From assembly GCA_050613775.1 (NCBI GenBank), contig JBODTK010000124.1:372001-436000 (forward strand): a stretch of 64,000 nt of DNA. The letters run 5' to 3'. The notes under the pieces were generated by a model. The model was not told where the DNA came from and did not search any database. It saw nothing but the letters and a program-made list of their open reading frames with translations. This document shows positions 46,906 to 62,570 of the stretch, in pieces. Source of the stretch: Neocallimastix sp. 'constans'. Its lineage: Eukaryota. Every line of letters starts with the position of its first letter. Positions within the stretch are counted from its first letter, which is position 1. Position numbers and translations under genes: made by a program.

Positions 46906-48004
46906 TTTTCATTATCTTCAATTATATAATAGAGTGCGTTAATATGAAATGATAGTAATGATAATCGTATAAAATAATTAGTTTCGTTTAGATATATATA
47001 TTAATATAAAATAATAACAATAACAATAATAATAAATAATAAAAAAATAAAAAGTAACATTTTGTAAGATTCTAATTACTTCTTAATTTTTCATATCCTA
47101 TATCATATATCAATATTATATTTACTTTATTAAATAATTAATCAATATTAAAATTAAATAAAAAAGAAGTAATAAGTTACATTCATTATTATTTTCTTAG
47201 CATTAACCTTTTTTTTAAACAAAGAAAAAAAAAATTTTTTTATTTTTTTAAATATTAATATCATAATACAAAAAATAAAATTTATGGAAAACCTTGTAGA
47301 ATATTTAACTTTTCATTAATAATTCATTAGTAAATTTAATAATATAAATGTAAGGAAAACTCATATAAAAAAAATAATAATACTCTGATCATTTACTTAT
47401 TAAAAATTATATTATTATAAAATAATATAAAATAAAATTGTAAATATTAATTATTATATTATATATTATAAGATAATATTTTTGTTTATTATTTATATTA
47501 TTATTTATATTTGTTTATAATAATTCCAATTTAATTTCTGTAAAAAAAATTTTTTTTATTTTATGATTTTTTATTTTATTATTTTTTATTTTATTATTTT
47601 TTATTATATATATATGTTTTATTTTATTTTATAATTTTATATTGTATATTCATTTTATGTACGATTCGGACTTTTAAATAATATGGTCGTTTAAAGTAAA
47701 AAATGCTCAAATCCAAATAAATTTATAATTATTATAATTTTGAAGAATAAAAAAAAATAAAAAAAATTGCTCATCCAGTAGTAATAGAAATGTTGACAAT
47801 GTATATGTTAATTTGGTAGCATTTTTTCACTTTCGTAACTTTATATTAAGGTCAAATTAGATATATTATCAATACTATTTTAATATATTATTAATTGAAA
47901 ATGTATATAATGTACTATTATAAATGTAAAACAAAAGAACAAAGAGAAAAGGAAAAAAGACTCTTCCATAAACCTTACTTTATTTTAATTATATAATAAA
48001 TTAA

Positions 48005-48047
<43 letters not shown>

Positions 48048-48075
48048 AATAATAATAATAATAATAATAATAATG

Positions 48076-48108
<33 letters not shown>

Positions 48109-48527
48109 TTAATAATAATAAAAATAATATAGAGAATATTAACTATTATGATTTTTTTAATTACAGACTAAGAATACAATATGAAATATATATTAATGTA
48201 TATAGTTATTCAAATAAATTTAAAGTTAATTGTGGATAAAAGAAGGAATCTTTTTAAAATAATCTATTATGTACTATTTTTGAAGAAATCACTACTAAGT
48301 TAAAAAAAAAAAAACTATAATATTTATTATAATTATTATTAATAATAACATTGTTATTATACTTATTATTTTCATCATTATTTTTATTTATATTATTATT
48401 ATTATTATTATTTATTATTTATTATTTATTATTTATTATTTACAATTAATGATATAATAATAAGAATTATATTAAAATTAAATTATATTAATGCTTTTTT
48501 TTTTTTTTTTAATTAAAACGGTTTATA

Positions 48528-48561
<34 letters not shown>

Positions 48562-48722
48562 ATTAAATTAAAATAAACATTAAATAAAAAAAATTATTTC
48601 ATAAGTTCATTATTATGATAATAAATGATCGTTACTTTGGTCATTTCTTATTAATACTATTGTTCTATAAATGTATACTAAAGTATCTCTAAAAACAATG
48701 AATAAATTGATGAATAAGTTTA

Positions 48723-48764
<42 letters not shown>

Positions 48765-49269
48765 GTATATCTACAGAATTATTAAAAGATTATTAGAATT
48801 TTATTTTTATTTTTATTTTGATATGTACATCAACATTACTCTTTCAAAATGATTATTATTTAAAGTTTTTGTATCAGATATCCATTGAATAATTGATACT
48901 ATTAAATATTATAATCATATTTAAAATGAATAACCATCCTTTCAAAAAACGAAACAAAACGAAACAAAACAAAACAACTATATAATAATTAGGAGTATCA
49001 GTCAACTTTTTTTTTATTTTTTTTATCTTTTATTTTCCATATTTCATAGTTAATTATTTTTTTATAAAAAAAAAAAAAAAAAAAGCGGATATTTTTTAAA
49101 TTAAAAATTGATATATATTTATTAATTTTGAATGTAGTGCATTTCACCAATTTTTAAAATACATATTTTTAATACGCCATTTATTTTTAATGGCTTGTAA
49201 AATTTTTTGCTAACTCCATAAAAAATTTTATATTTAAAAAAATAAATGTATAAATAAATAAATAAATAA

Positions 49270-51910
49270 AGAATGTAATAAGTATATAAAATAAAATAAA
49301 ATAAAATAAATAGTAGAAATTTAAATATAAAGTACAGATTGAATAAAATAAAATAAAATAAATAGTAGAATATGAATATAAAGTACAGATTGAATAAAAT
49401 AAAATAAAATAAATAGTAGAATATGAATATAAAGTACAGATTGAATAAAATAAAATAAAATAAATAGTAGAATATGAATATAAAGTACAGATTGAATAAA
49501 ATAAAATAAAATAAAATAAATAGTAGAATATAAATATAAGTACAGATTGAATAAAATAAAATAAAATAAAATAAAATAAAATAAAATAAAATAAAATAAA
49601 ATAAAATAAAATAAAATAAAATAAAATAAAATAAAATAAAATAAAATAAAATAAAATAAAATAAAATAAAATAAAATAAAATAAAATAAAATAAAATAAA
49701 ATAAAATAAAATAAAATAAAATAAAATAAAATAAAATAAAATAAAATAAAATAAAATAAAATATAATAAAATAAAATAAAATAAAATAAAATAAAATAAA
49801 ATAAAATAAAATAAAATAAAATAAAATAAAATAAAATAAAATAAAATAAAATAAAATAAAATAAAATAAAATAAAATAAAATAAAATAAAATAAAATAAA
49901 ATAAAATAAAATAAAATAAAATAAAATAAAATAAAATAAAATAAAATAAAATAAAATAAAATAAAATAAAATAAAATAAAATAAAAATATAGAATGTAAT
50001 AATATAGAAGTACAAGTATATAAAATAAAATAAAATAAAATAAATAGTTGAAATATAAATATTAAAGTACAGATTGAATAAAATAAAATAAAATAAATAG
50101 TAGAATATAAATATAAGTACAGATTGAATAAAATAAAATAAAATAAAATAAAATAAAATAAAATAAAATAAAATAAAATAAAAATATAGAATGTAATAAT
50201 ATAGAAGTACAAGTATATAAAATAAAATAAAATAAAATAAAATAAATAGTTGAAATATAAATATTAAAGTACAGATTGAATAAAATAAAATAAAATAAAA
50301 TAAAATAAAAATATAGAATGTAATAATATAGAAGTACAAGTATATAAAATAAAATAAAATAAAATAAAATAAAATAAAATAAAATAAATAGTTGAAATAT
50401 AAATATTAAAGTACAGATTGAATAAAATAAAATAAAATAAAATAAAATAAAATAAAATAAAAATATAGAATGTAATAATATAGAAGTACAAGTATATAAA
50501 ATAAAATAAAATAAAATAAATAGTTGAAATATAAATATTAAAGTACAGATTGAATAAAATAAAATAAAATAAATAGTAGAATATAAATATAAGTACAGAT
50601 TGAATAAAATAAAATAAAATAAAATAAAATAAAATAAAATAAAATAAAATAAAATAAAATAAAAATATAGAATGTAATAATATAGAAGTACAAGTATATA
50701 AAATAAAATAAAATAAAATAAAATAAATAGTTGAAATATAAATATTAAAGTACAGATTGAATAAAATAAAATAAAATAAAATAAAATAAAAATATAGAAT
50801 GTAATAATATAGAAGTACAAGTATATAAAATAAAATAAAATAAAATAAAATAAAATAAAATAAAATAAATAGTTGAAATATAAATATTAAAGTACAGATT
50901 GAATAAAATAAAATAAAATAAAATAAAATAAAATAAAATAAAAATATAGAATGTAATAATATAGAAGTACAAGTATATAAAATAAAATAAAATAAAATAA
51001 ATAGTTGAAATATAAATATTAAAGTACAGATTGAATAAAATAAAATAAAATAAATAGTAGAATATAAATATAAGTACAGATTGAATAAAATAAAATAAAA
51101 TAAAATAAAATAAAATAAAATAAAATAAAATAAAATAAAAATATAGAATGTAATAATATAGAAGTACAAGTATATAAAATAAAATAAAATAAAATAAAAT
51201 AAATAGTTGAAATATAAATATTAAAGTACAGATTGAATAAAATAAAATAAAATAAAATAAAATAAAAATATAGAATGTAATAATATAGAAGTACAAGTAT
51301 ATAAAATAAAATAAAATAAAATAAAATAAAATAAAATAAAATAAATAGTTGAAATATAAATATTAAAGTACAGATTGAATAAAATAAAATAAAATAAAAT
51401 AAAATAAAAATATAGAATGTAATAATATAGAAGTACAAGTATATAAAATAAAATAAAATAAAATAAAAATATAGAATGTAATAATATAGAAGTACAAGTA
51501 TATAAAATAAAATAAAATAAAATAAAATAAAATAAAATAAAATAAAATAAATAGTTGAAATATAAATATTAAAGTACAGATTGAATAAAATAAAATAAAA
51601 TAAAATAAAATAAAATAAAAATATAGAATGTAATAATATAGAAGTACAAGTATATAAAATAAAATAAAATAAAATAAAATAAAATAAAATAAAATAAATA
51701 GTTGAAATATAAATATTAAAGTACAGATTGAATAAAATAAAATAAAATAAAATAAAATAAAATAAAATAAAATAAAAATATAGAATGTAATAATATAGAA
51801 GTACAAGTATATAAAATAAAATAAAATAAAATAAAATAAAATAAAATAAATAGTTGAAATATAAATATTAAAGTACAGATTGAATAAAATAAAATAAAAT
51901 AAAATAAATA
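49270..51910 (+). repeat. Modular tandem array: GTACA-core modules of about 35 bp separated by (AAAAT)n, with a higher-order period of about 480 bp
   Basis: Modules AATAGTAGAATAT(A/G)AATATAA(A)GTACAGATTG, AATATAGAATGTAATAATATAGAAGTACAAGTATAT and AATAGTTGAAATATAAATATTAAAGTACAGATTG. Equivalent positions fall at 50339, 50820 and 51296. Confidence 0.95.
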
Positions 51911-52361
51911 TTTATTTTTATTTTTTATTAAAGGATATTAAAGAACAATGTTTTAGAATGAAAATTTTTTACATTTTTTTTATATTCAAGTAATGATATA
52001 ATTTAATATTATTGGTTGTTAATAATCTCATTAAATATAAATGATTTTTTTTGCTTTCTAACATATATAATTAAATAAAACATTTTATTTTTAAAAATAA
52101 ATTGTCTTTAATATTCTTTAATAAAAAAAATAATAAATATTTATTTCATTTTATTTTATATACTTGTACTTTTATATTATTACATTCAATATTTATTTTT
52201 TTTTATTATAATTTATTTTATTTTATATACTTATACTTATTATATTTTTTATTTATTTATTTGAAAAACTAATTTTTCAAAATTAATATTAAGAATAGTA
52301 TTGGATAATTAACATAATAATTTTAGTTATATAATTAAAAAATATTTATAAAAATATAGAA

Positions 52362-53789
52362 ATGGAAGAAAATCTAATTATTGATGTAAGTGAATCTAAC
52401 AAGGGAAAAGAGAAAATTATAATTAATAAAAAATATAAATTTAATTTTTCATATATAAGAAAAGATAATTCCAAAGTTTATAAATGTACCGAATATAAAA
52501 AAATAAATAAATGTAAATCTTTTATTATTTTAAATGATAAGAAAGAAATCTGAAAATATGATTGCTCACATAATCATCCTGAAAAAGAATACGATGTATC
52601 TTTATCTATAATGAAACATAAAATTAATGATGGAATTGAAAAAAGTTCAATTCCTTTTGGTATAAAAATAAAACCCCTATATAATAAAATTTCTAAAGAA
52701 ATGGGACTTATATGTCCAGAATATAATTCAATTAAATCCCAAATATCAAGAAATTTAAATAAAAAACTACCATCAAATGTAACAACATTTGCTGAGATTC
52801 CTAGTGAATCTGAGTATTATAAAACAAAGCAAGGTGAAAATTTTATGATATTCAAAAATTCTAATTTGATAATTTTTCAATTTCCTTTTCAAGCAAAATT
52901 ATTTAGGGAATATAATGATGATATATTTGTTGATGGTACATTTTTTATTGCCCCTAAATTTAGTTATCAAATAATTATTACAAGAACTTATATTAAAGAA
53001 TTAGATAGTTTTTACACTACTTCTTTTGCAATATTAAAAAATAAAGAACAAGAAACATATAAAATATTATTTGAAAAATTAAAAAAAAATGCTAATACAT
53101 GTAACAATAATACTATAATTGAACCAAAAATTTGCATTGTGATTTTGAAAGAGAGCATATCTAAAGCAGCAAAAACAATGTTTCCTAATTCAAATATTAA
53201 ATATTACATTTGGCATTATAAAAAATCACTAGAAATTAAAAAAAAAATAAATTATGCTATAATGAAATAAAAAATGATAATAATATATTTATTTATTATA
53301 AAGCTATTTCAAATTTACCATTTATAAATCCTGAATACATATTTGATATTTATGTTATAATTAAAATTAATTCCATTAAAAATAATTATTGTCAATTTTT
53401 AAAATTTTTAGAATATTTTTATAAAACATATTTAATTGATTATGATATGAAAATTTGGAATTATTATAATAATATGGAACATATAACAAAAAATGCATCA
53501 GAATCACTCAATAATTATTTAAATAATTTATTTCCAACAAAACCATCTTTTTATGAATTAATAGATAAATTAAATGAACTTGAACATTTATCATATTATG
53601 ATTATCAAAGAAAAATAAGATGAATTTGGAAAATAAAAAAAAAAAGCAATAAATAAAGCTAATGAAATCAGTGTCTTAATTGAACGCTACAAAAATATTG
53701 AAGCCAAGTTAATTGATGCTAAATGTGATAGAAATAATATTATTAATTTGTGGTTTAATTGTTTAACTGATTTAAATAATATAATATAA
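52362..53789 (+). pseudogene. FLYWCH zinc finger plus MULE DDE transposase, disrupted
   Basis: YKF...VYKCTEYKKINKC...HNH (FLYWCH-like), IFVDGTF, CDFE across a frameshift at about 53135, IWHY and NASESLNNYL. Stop at 52551 and further frameshifts. Confidence 0.9.
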
Positions 53790-55006
53790 ATATTACTTTA
53801 TAATAAATAATTTAGAAATGAGGAATGAGGAATGACCGAACGAAATAATCAGAATTCTGTCACTCAAAAATTTAATTCATAAATCTTATTAAATTTATAT
53901 AGTTCAAATAAATATTCAAATACAATGTATAATTAATAATTTTAAAATTATAATTATTTTTTTTTTATAACATTTAAATAAAAGAATTATTATTAATAAT
54001 ATTTATATTTTTATATAATTTTTTTATTAATAACATATTATTAACATTTATATTTTTAATAACATTTAAATAAAAGAATTAAAATCATAAAATCTAATCA
54101 TTATATGATTTATTTAATTATTCACTTAATAATTAATTTAAAAATTGAAATAACAAAATAATACAATAGAGTAATATTATGTAGCATAATATATCTATAG
54201 CCACATATTTGTATACATCACGTGAAAAAATTGGCGTAATGCAACCTCCCCATTAATTTTGATTTTTTTTTTTTTTTGATTTTTAATTTATGTTGCCATA
54301 ATCTAAATAAAATGACAAAAATGACTTCTTTATTTTTATTTTCATTAACTATTATTATTTAAAAAAATAAAGAAATAATTAAATAATTAATAACAAATAA
54401 TAATAAATAATAAATAATTAATAATAAATAATAAATAATAAATAATAAATATTAAAAAAAAAAGTTTACATAATAATAATAATAATAATAATAATATTAA
54501 TTTATGTATATAAATATGGAAATCAAATGGATTTTAATATGCCGTTAATTATTTTAATTATTAATATAAATATTGAAATTTATTAATTTTCAACATTTTT
54601 TATATCAATAATTAAGGAGTATTTTATTTAATTATATATATATTATTTACAATATATATTATATATAGAAGTAGAATATATTATTTTTAATATATATTAT
54701 ATATTAATTTAAATTTTATTTATATTTATATAAAAAAAATTTTTTCTCTAAATTTTATTTATAAATAAATAAATAAATAAATTATTATATAAATAAATAA
54801 ATTATATAAATAAATAAATAAATAAAAAATGTTTCTAAATGATTATGTAATCTTTTTTTTAATATTTATATTTATGAATATTTACTGGGTGGTTTTACAT
54901 AATTTTTTTTATTACTAATTCCTTTAATTAATTAATATAAATTAAAAAATAATAATTAAAAAATATTAATAATTAATAATAAATAAATAAATAAATAAAT
55001 AAATAA

Positions 55007-55038
<32 letters not shown>

Positions 55039-56944
55039 AAAAAAATAATAAATGATTAAGAACTATTTAGCAAAATATAATTCAATGTTTTCTATATTTA
55101 TACGAATACTAATAATAATAATAATACTAATAATAAATAATAAATAATGAATAATAAATAATAAATGATAAATAATAAATAATAAATAATAGTAATAATA
55201 ATAATTATAAATGAGAGTTTTTTTTTTCTTTATTTATTAATACTAAAAAAAGTATTAATAAAAAAATGGATTAAAAATTAGTCTTTACATAATAATATTT
55301 ATAATTTAATATATTATTATAAATATTATTTACAAATATTAATAATTAAAATTATTCATTAAATAAATAATTAATAAATAAATAAATAAATATGAATTGG
55401 TAATTAGTTTTATTTGACTAATATATTAAAATATTATTTAATTTTATTTTATTTTTTTTTTTTTTAATTATTAATTTTTTTTATTATTATTAAAAAATTC
55501 TTATTATTAAATAGTATTATATATATAAAGTGGACTTTTTCCTCCTCTTTGATAAAATCTTTTCTAATTATTTAATTTATTTTAAATATAAAGCAAATAT
55601 ATTTTTTTATATAAAAAATATTAAAATATATTTATTCTAAATTTTTTAATTTAAAAAAAAAATAAAATAAAAAAAAATAAAAATAAAATAAAATACAAAT
55701 TAATTTTTTATGATTATTATTAAAATCATATATAATTTATTTATTTATTAATAATAAATATATATAAGAAACAGATATTAATAATTATTATTATAATTAT
55801 AAATATTTTACAATAATTAATTTTATATTATTTAAGAAAAAAAAAAAAGTAGAAAAAAGCTAATATTTCTTAATAATGTATTTGGCATTAACGCATTATA
55901 AAATAAAAGAATATATTAATTAGTAAATAACATCAAATGGTGTATATATAAATTTCAAAAATTATATATATATATATAAAAAATATAATATAACAAAAAT
56001 AAAAAGAAAAAGAAAAAGAAAAAGAAACTATAGTAATACAAGCAAAAAATAAAAAAAGAAAAAAGAAAAAAAAAAAAAAAAATAGAATTTTTTCAAATAA
56101 ATGTGTAATTTTTAAAATAAAAGGTATTTTTAACAGTTTTCAAAATATAGTTATTTTATTCTATTAATTAAAATATTAAAATGTTTCTTTTATTTTTATT
56201 TTTATTTTTTTTTTTTTAAATTTAAATTATAATAATAGGATAATAAATATTTTTAAACTTTTAAATTAATGCTATTCTAATATGATATTTTTTATTTTTA
56301 TTCAATATTAAAATTCTATATTCATAGGAAACAACTATATAAATCCAAAAAAAAAAAAAAATATAAAAGAAATAAACTTTTCAATTAATGTAATTAAATA
56401 TTAGTTTACTTATTAAAGAAGAAAATAAGTATTTATTGAAAATTTAATAATATTATTTAGGAAGAATTTTATAAGTATAATACAAAAAAAAATTCAATAA
56501 ATAATAATTAACCCAAAGAAGGAACTTAATTTTATTTAAAATAATTTATATAAAAACATTCAATAATTTAATAAATAAATAAAAATTAACTTTGTGTTTT
56601 TATAATTAGCATAGAATTATATCATAAAAATAAATATAAATATAAAAACAAAAACAAAATAAAAAAAAATAATCAGTAAAAGCAAACACGCATTAAATAT
56701 TTCAAATTAATTCAAAAAAAAAAAAAAAAAAAAAAAAAAAATTAAAACAACACAAAATAAAATAACAAATATTATTTAATAATTTATTTATTTAAGCATT
56801 TAAAATATTATAATATATTTACAATAATTACAATATTTTAAATAATATTCAAAGCGTATTAATTAATAATAATAATAAAAAAAAAAAAAAGAAAAGAAAA
56901 GATAGAGAGAAGGCATTAAAATAAAAATAAAAAAAAAAAAAAAA

Positions 56945-57544
56945 ATGGATGAACAAAACTGTGCAAATTTAGGTATTAGTAAGAAAAAATTGGATGAACT
57001 TCTTGCTATGAAGCCATTTAGTGATAATTTTGCTGTTAGAAGAGCCTCACTTAGAAAAGTTGAAACTATTAATACAACTATTACTGGAAAAAAAGTAATT
57101 TGAATTAAAAGGAATAAGAAAAATAATAATAAAATATTATATTATTTAATAATATTTGGAAAAAACGAAAAAACAAAAACAAATATATATATATATATAT
57201 ATATTATTATTATTATTATTGATTTTTAATATATTAAAATCTATTATATAACTATAAAATAAATATAATATTATTCACACATACACACACACTTTTTTTT
57301 TTTTTTTATATAAAAAAGTTTAAAGAAAAGAATGGTGTTATCGAAGAATTATCAAATAAATCTAATGGATATGTTGTTGACACCAATCCAGATACTGATT
57401 GTTGTGAAGTAATATAATATATTCAACTATAAATTATATAAATATATAATTATAAGAAAAAATATTTTTTATTCTGTTTTTCTTTAAAAATTGTATTATA
57501 GTACAATTTTTATATATAAATAATATTATATATATATTATTATT

Positions 57545-57582
<38 letters not shown>

Positions 57583-58912
57583 TAATTCCTATAAAAAAAT
57601 TTTTTTTTTTTTCCTAAATAATTTAAAGGTTGTTGAAAATCTTTTCATTGGTTCACAAGATGCTGCAGCAGAAGAAGAAATATTAAATTCAAAAGGTATA
57701 ACACATATTGTCAATGTTGGTACAGGTATACCAAATATGTTTGAACATGTAAGTTTAGAATATTTTAGAATTTTTTTTTTTTAATATAAAAATTAAAGGA
57801 ATATATATATAATAAATTTATTTATTAATGAAAAAATAAAAATTTTTTAATTTATAAAATTGTTGACTTTTTCTCTAATTTATAATTTACTCTCTATCAT
57901 TAAATAATAATAACGATGATAACAACAACAATAATAATAACTATAATATTATTATAATATTAATAATTTTAATAATATTTGTAGAAATTTAAATATTTCA
58001 AAGTTGATATTCTTGATACACCAGAATTTGATATTTTACCATTTATAGAACCAACCTCGAATTTCATAGATAATGCTATTAGAAATGAAAATGGAAAAGT
58101 ATTAGTTCATTGGTAAGTTTTATTAACATTTATACATAAATATAAAGATAGCTAGTTATAGCTGTAGATATAAATATAGATATTTATAAATATTATTTTT
58201 TTTAAAAAAAAAGAAAAATTGTATATATATATATAACTATTTAAACATATATATTTATTAATGCATAATTTTTAATTAATAATTTATATCTCTTAACTAA
58301 TTTTTTAATATATATATAATGAATATATATAATGAATATTATATATATATATATGAATAATTTTTATATAAAATAACAAACAAAAAAAAAAAAATTTTTT
58401 TTTTTATTTCTTATAAAAAATAATAACAATAAATTATATATCAATATTGTATTCAAAATTATAATTAATAACAACAATAAAAAAATATATATATATATAT
58501 ATGTATATATATATTCGTTTATTTATATTTATTTATATATGAAATTAGTAATGCTGGTGTTTCACGTTCATCTGCTATTTTAATTGGTTATTTAATGAAA
58601 AAACGAAACTATTCTTATGAAGAAGCATTAGAGAAAACTAAATTAGCTCGTAGTTGTATTTGTCCAAACTTTGGTTTTGCTGAACAGTTGAGAAGAATGA
58701 ACAGGAATATGAATGAAATTAATTCAGCATCATCGGAACCCAATGAAATTTATAGTACTACTGGTACTACACCAATGGATATTGATAAAGAATCCCTACC
58801 GTTAGTGAATGAAAAAGGGAATCAACCATTAGAAATTGGAAAACTTAATACTAGTAATTTAAATAAAGGAAAATCAAATAATAATGATATTATTACTCCT
58901 AAAACAGTTTAA
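56945..58912 (+). CDS. Atypical dual-specificity protein phosphatase, DUSP19-like (5 exons)
   Basis: Approximate exons 56945-57094, 57319-57408, 57629-57748, 57985-58112 and 58549-58912. They give LRKVETINTTITG, NLFIGSQDAA, ITHIVNV, ILDTPE, VLVHC|NAGVSRS (catalytic motif) and PNFGFAEQL. Confidence 0.92.
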
Positions 58913-59218
58913 TGGTAAAAAAAAAAAAATAAATAATAATAATAATAAAAATAAAAAAGAATAGATTAATGAAGAAAAAAAAAAAATATATATATATATA
59001 TATAAAGAAAAAATATATATAAAATATAATAAAATAAAATAAAAATTGGGAATATATATATATTATAAAATAGTCATAATTAAAATCAAAGAATAAACAA
59101 CAACAATAATTAATAATTAAAAATAATGAATAATTAAAAATAATTAATAATAAAAAATAAATATATAATATGTAATATATATAAATATAATATATATCTA
59201 TAATAATAATAATAATTG

Positions 59219-59258
<40 letters not shown>

Positions 59259-60293
59259 GTAAATGAAAAAATTAAAAATTATATATGCATACATATAAAA
59301 AAAAAAAATTTTTTTTTTTAATGAATAATACTGAAAGTAATAATAAATAATTATAAAAATAAAAAAAAAAAAAAATTAATAATACTAAAAGTAATAAAAC
59401 AAAAATAATAATTATAAATAAAAAATAATAAATAAAAAATAAAAAATAAAAAAAATAAAAAATAAAAAATTAAAAATAAAAAAAAAAGCCTGCCTATATA
59501 TAGTGTATAGATCAATGGACCCTTTTATTTTATATAAATTATATGCAATAATATATATACATATATATCATATATATGTATAATTTTCTTTTTATAACTT
59601 CTATATATATATATAAAAGATATATATATATAAAAAAAAAAAAGAAAAATTGACTTGATAATTTTATTTACCTCCAACTGTTTTTTTCAAATACAAAAAA
59701 AAATTTGTTCTTATTTTTGATGTATTAAATTAAAAATGAAGAAAGCTATATTAATATTAATTTTTTATAATAAAATAATAAAAAAAAAAAAAAAAAAATA
59801 AAAAATAAAAAATAAAAAAAAAAAGTGTAAAAATAAATAAATAAATAATAATAATAATAATAAAAAAAAAAAAAAAAAAAAAAAAAAGAAAAATTTTTTA
59901 AAATATATATATAACTATTTTTTAACTATTTTAATTTGATAACAACAACGGTATATATCCTATAGTGTTCCTTATCGTACTCTTAATTTTATTATTAATA
60001 TTATTATAAATATTTATAAATATAAATATATATCAGTATATATATATATATATAAGAATAAATTATAATAAAAAAAAAAAAAAAAAAGTGAAATGGTGAT
60101 AATTCTAATTTTTATAGTAATAGTGAAATATATATCTAGTTAACGATATCTTTTTGAATATTTTAAATGTTCAATAAATAATGTATTTCTTTATTTAATA
60201 ATAATATTACTATTATTATTATTATTATTATTATTATTTATTCTGTTTTTTTTTTTTTTTTTTAAGTTAGTTAAATTTTAAAAAAGTGAGTAA

Positions 60294-60336
<43 letters not shown>

Positions 60337-60625
60337 TATGGTAATAAAAATAAAAAAAAATTTTTTCATAAATACAAATTTAAATTAAAAATAAAAAATG
60401 AAAAATAAATTAAAAAAAAAAAAAAACTATTTATCCCTAAAACATGGCTTAATAGATATATTTAGAAAAAAAAGAATAGGAAATGTAAAATGTATATTAT
60501 TATCTTATTATTATTATTACTTCCAAAAGATAAAAAAAAAAAAAAAAATTGATTGAATGATTGATAATTTAATATATATGTATGTATTTTTTTTTTGTTG
60601 TTGTTTTTAAAAAAATATACATCAT

Positions 60626-61057
60626 TTAATTAATTCCTTTAATTTCCTTTTGCTTTTGAAGAGCTTTTTTAAATGGAATAGTTTCTGGAACAACATCTAT
60701 ATAAAATTAATATATATATGATTTATATATATTTTATGAATATATAATAGAATTATAGGTATATAAAGTATATAATAATAAAAAATATAAATATATACAT
60801 ATACATATACATATACATCATATTAATAATATAAATATATATAATTATAATTATTATGTTTAAAAAATTTAGTTCATTTTAGTAATATATACAACAGAAT
60901 AAAAATAACAATTCCATTTATTTTTATTTTTTATTTTTTATTTTTATTTTTTTTTTTATTATAAATTCTATTATAAAATTTCATAATAAATATTATTATT
61001 TCATAAAATTTTTACCTAATAAAAACTCTAATTGATCGACATCTTTAACGACTCTTG

Positions 61058-61091
<34 letters not shown>

Positions 61092-61400
61092 TATAAGTTA
61101 AAATATTTAATACAAATATAAAAATTTATATACATTTATTATTAAACATTTGGATATATAACTTAAATAAAAATAAAAAATAAAAAAAATAATAAAAAGA
61201 AAAAGAAAAAGATAAAAATGTCTATTAAAAATTTCATTAAATAAATAAATAGTAATAATTATTGTATTGATAATTTACCAACATCCTTGTAGGTTACGGT
61301 ACGTCTCTTTTCACCCTGAGATTGACCAAAAGATTTTTTTTGCAAAATATTCTAAAAAGTATTCCTATTACATAAAAACAACAACAACAACAACAACAAC

Positions 61401-61439
<39 letters not shown>

Positions 61440-61795
61440 TGAAATATTTAAAAAAAAATAATAATTTTAAATTTTAGAATGATTTTAATATTATTAAATT
61501 TAACATTTTAATTATTATTTTCAATTTATGTATCATTTGAATTAAAAAAAAAAAAAAAAAAAAGTATATTTATATTAAAATAAATTAATAAATAATATCT
61601 TTTTTAATTATTTACAGTTGCAAGTGAAACCAGAAAAACAGATTCATTACTGATTTGAATAACATCTTTATCTTCTTTCATAATACGTTTAACTCTAGCC
61701 AATGGGAAAGATGAAGTTGTTTGTGGTAAACTTCTCTTTTTAGGTGAACTACCTTCCTTACCAGATTTAGATGAATTACTTTCTTTATGGGACAT
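60626..61795 (-). CDS. H2A-like histone-fold protein (POLE4/Dpb3/CHRAC15/NF-YC family), 4 exons
   Basis: FPLARVKRIMKEDKDV...VFLVSLAT|EYFLEYFAKKS...RRTVTYKDV|ARVVKDVDQLEFL|DVVPETI, with GT-AG introns. Confidence 0.88.
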
Positions 61796-61943
61796 ATTTA
61801 TTATTATATTTATATATTATAAAATATGACTAAATTTTTATTATTAATAAAATGGATTATGTTTTAAAAAGATAAAACAAAAATTATAATTGAAATAAAA
61901 AAAATATAATATAATAAGATAATAATTAGAATTAAAATAAAAA

Positions 61944-61979
<36 letters not shown>

Positions 61980-62141
61980 CATAATAATAATAATAATAAA
62001 ATTATAATAAAATTAAAATTTTTTATTAAAAAAATTTTTTTTTTTATTTTTTTAATTTTATTAATAATTAAAGTTTTTTCGATCATTTAGTATTACTTTT
62101 CATTCCTTTTTAAATAAATTAATATTTATTTAAGAAAAAGG

Positions 62142-62178
<37 letters not shown>

Positions 62179-62539
62179 ATTAACTAAAATAAAATGATTA
62201 TACTATGTATATAAAAAGAGAATGAGAATGTTATAATACTACCTTTACTTTAATAAATTAAAGAATAATATTATAAAAAAATATAATAATAATATTAATA
62301 ATATTAATAAAAAAAAAAAAAAGATAAATATATTAAATGAAAATTTAAAAACTAATATTCTAGAGGATAGTGAAGTCCATGATCTTCGTTTTCCTTAGCC
62401 CAATGCTTTTATGTAAATTTAGAATATTAAATATTTTTTTAAAAAAAAATGAATTTTTTTTTTATTATATACTATAATATAAATTTTATAATATGTATAT
62501 TCTATATCGAAACGAAGCTTTTATAAATATTTTATCATA

Positions 62540-62570
<31 letters not shown>

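Larger units (their letters stand above)
49130..54251 (+). mobile_element. Mutator-like DNA transposon (MULE), 5.1 kb
   Basis: 9-bp TSD ATTAATTTT at 49121-49129 and 54252-54260, with G...C termini. Imperfect terminal inverted repeats (TIRs): left GAATGTAGTGCATTTCACCAATTTTT, right reverse complement GGGGAGGTTGCATTACGCCAATTTTT. An internal transposase is present. Confidence 0.8.

Noticed and set aside
49122..51806. Long F/I/L/Y-rich ORFs on the minus strand
   Set aside because: They are translations of the (ATTTT)n array, which lacks stop codons; there is no protein-like complexity.
49270..51910. CRISPR-like alternation of repeats and spacers
   Set aside because: The would-be spacers are recurring identical modules, the linkers are simple microsatellite, the context is eukaryotic and there are no cas genes.
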